This document shows, in pieces, positions 63,183 through 64,000 of a stretch of DNA of 64,000 nucleotides. The number at the start of each line of letters is the position of its first letter. Within the stretch, counting starts at the first letter, position 1. The translations under genes were made by a program, and so were the position numbers. Below the pieces are notes generated by a model. The model did not search any database and was not told where the DNA came from. It saw nothing but the letters and a program-made list of their open reading frames with translations. This DNA comes from Trueperaceae bacterium (GTDB taxonomy: Bacteria; Deinococcota; Deinococci; Deinococcales; Trueperaceae), in NCBI GenBank assembly GCA_019454765.1, contig JACFNR010000001.1:100790-164789 (forward strand), written 5' to 3'.

Positions 63183-63320
63183 GCCGCCGCGCGGCGCGCG
63201 GCGCCGGCCCCACGTGAGCCACGAAGCTGCGCCGGAACCCGGGCGGGACTATCCTCACAGTCACGAGCGGCTCGCGCCCGGCGGCGTCGGCGCGCAGCCT
63301 GCGTCGAGAGGTGGCGAGAG

Positions 63321-63929
63321 GTGGGCAGCGCGCGTGGCACCGAACAGCTCTCCCGTTCCCGCACGTTCGGGGCGGGCGACGTGGTGCTCTACCCGGGACC
63401 GCCGGGCGACCTCTACCAGGTGGTCTCCGGGCTCGTGAGGCTCCACGCGGTCGACGGCGACGGACTCGGCGCGACCCTCCGCTACGTGAAGCCGGGCGGC
63501 TACTTCGGGGAGGAGGCCGTCACCGGCCGACCGCGGCGCTACTTCGCCGAGGCGGTCACCGCGGCCGCCGTGACGGTGCTGGATCCGCACTACCTGTCGG
63601 GCGCCGACGTCCGCGCGCTTGCGCTCGACCTGGCCGTGGCGATCGACCGCCTGAACCGCTCGGTGCTCCGCCTGGCCACGCGGCCCCTCAAGGCGCGGGT
63701 GGCGGCCGAGTTGCTCGAGCTGTCGGACTCCGCCATCGCCTCCGTGTCGGAGGAGGGCGTCGCGACCGTGCGGATGACCCACGACGAGCTGGCCGCGGCG
63801 GTCGGCTCCGTGCGCGAGACCGTGACGAAGGTCATCGGCGAGCTCGTGCGCGCCGGGGCGTTGCGGGCGGGTTACGCCAAGCTCGTCATCTTGGACCCCG
63901 ACCTCCTGACCGAGATCGCGGACGCCTGA
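63321..63929 (+). CDS. Crp/Fnr-family transcriptional regulator
   Basis: Has a cNMP-binding-like N-terminal domain (GGYFGEEA) and an HTH (THDELAAAVGSVRETVTKVIGEL). The start is GTG, with GAGAGGTGG upstream. Confidence 0.82.
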   Translation: MGSARGTEQLSRSRTFGAGDVVLYPGPPGDLYQVVSGLVRLHAVDGDGLGATLRYVKPGGYFGEEAVTGRPRRYFAEAVTAAAVTVLDPHYLSGADVRALALDLAVAIDRLNRSVLRLATRPLKARVAAELLELSDSAIASVSEEGVATVRMTHDELAAAVGSVRETVTKVIGELVRAGALRAGYAKLVILDPDLLTEIADA

Positions 63930-63947
63930 CGCACTGCGCGGCGCCGG

Positions 63948-64000
63948 TCAGAACACCGGCCCGACGCGGAAGCTGAACACGCCGGTGGGGTGCCGCTCGC
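63948..64000 (-). CDS. 3' end of an unidentified gene (C-terminus ...TGVFSFRVGPVF), possibly an outer-membrane beta-barrel
   Basis: The minus-strand frame ends with TGA at 63950-63948. The terminal aromatic Phe and the alternating pattern resemble OMP C-termini. Only 17 codons are visible. Confidence 0.25.
   Translation of the reverse strand, partial: ERHPTGVFSFRVGPVF

Overview
This is a dense 64 kb stretch of very GC-rich DNA (roughly 70% by eye) and looks like core chromosome. I support about 60 protein-coding genes, many joined by overlapping start/stop codons, and third codon positions are almost always G/C in the frames I call.

By eye I found no rRNA, tRNA, CRISPR array, IS/transposase or integrase, and no obvious defence island.

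**Gene content, in order:**
- pntB-pntAB-pntAA transhydrogenase
- pfkA, tyrS, gnd-zwf, arginase
- patatin-like lipase, divergent from a GT2 glycosyltransferase plus a membrane protein
- phoR-phoB-like two-component pair, divergent from phoU
- an overlapping envelope cluster: Amidase_3, YtkA/FixH-like lipoprotein, FixG/NapH-like polyferredoxin, VanY-like M15B peptidase, an anchored secreted protein, DUF554
- gatC, serS, a GAF/HD-GYP protein, a hypothetical protein, folC, pilT
- aapJQMP-type amino-acid ABC transporter
- a complete V/A-type ATPase operon in G-I-K-E-C-F-A-B-D order
- dnaG, a phosphoribosyltransferase, ruvB, a PATAN(DUF4388)/receiver-like protein
- a sugar ABC transporter, acetoacetyl-CoA synthetase, an MsbA-like exporter, uvrB
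- a large hypothetical envelope protein, carD, rsmA, a PfkB kinase, an S41 peptidase, an MBL hydrolase
- hom-thrC, ychF, a Crp/Fnr regulator

The V/A-ATPase gene order together with the high GC suggests a Deinococcus-Thermus (Deinococcota) lineage. That is an inference.

**Most interesting observations:**
- the overlapping copper/redox plus peptidoglycan-hydrolase cluster at 13.7-19.0 kb
- a roughly 210-aa Ig-like (SdrD-B/Cna-B-like) insertion in the periplasmic loop of the AapQ-type permease
- a consensus promoter followed immediately by a hairpin and U7 between dnaG and the ATPase operon
- a PATAN protein with a degenerate receiver domain
- an uncharacterised propeller-like, 4-TM protein between uvrB and carD

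None of these is proven to be a new system. All family calls come from motif recognition, with no BLAST or HMM search, and many start codons are uncertain by a few codons.
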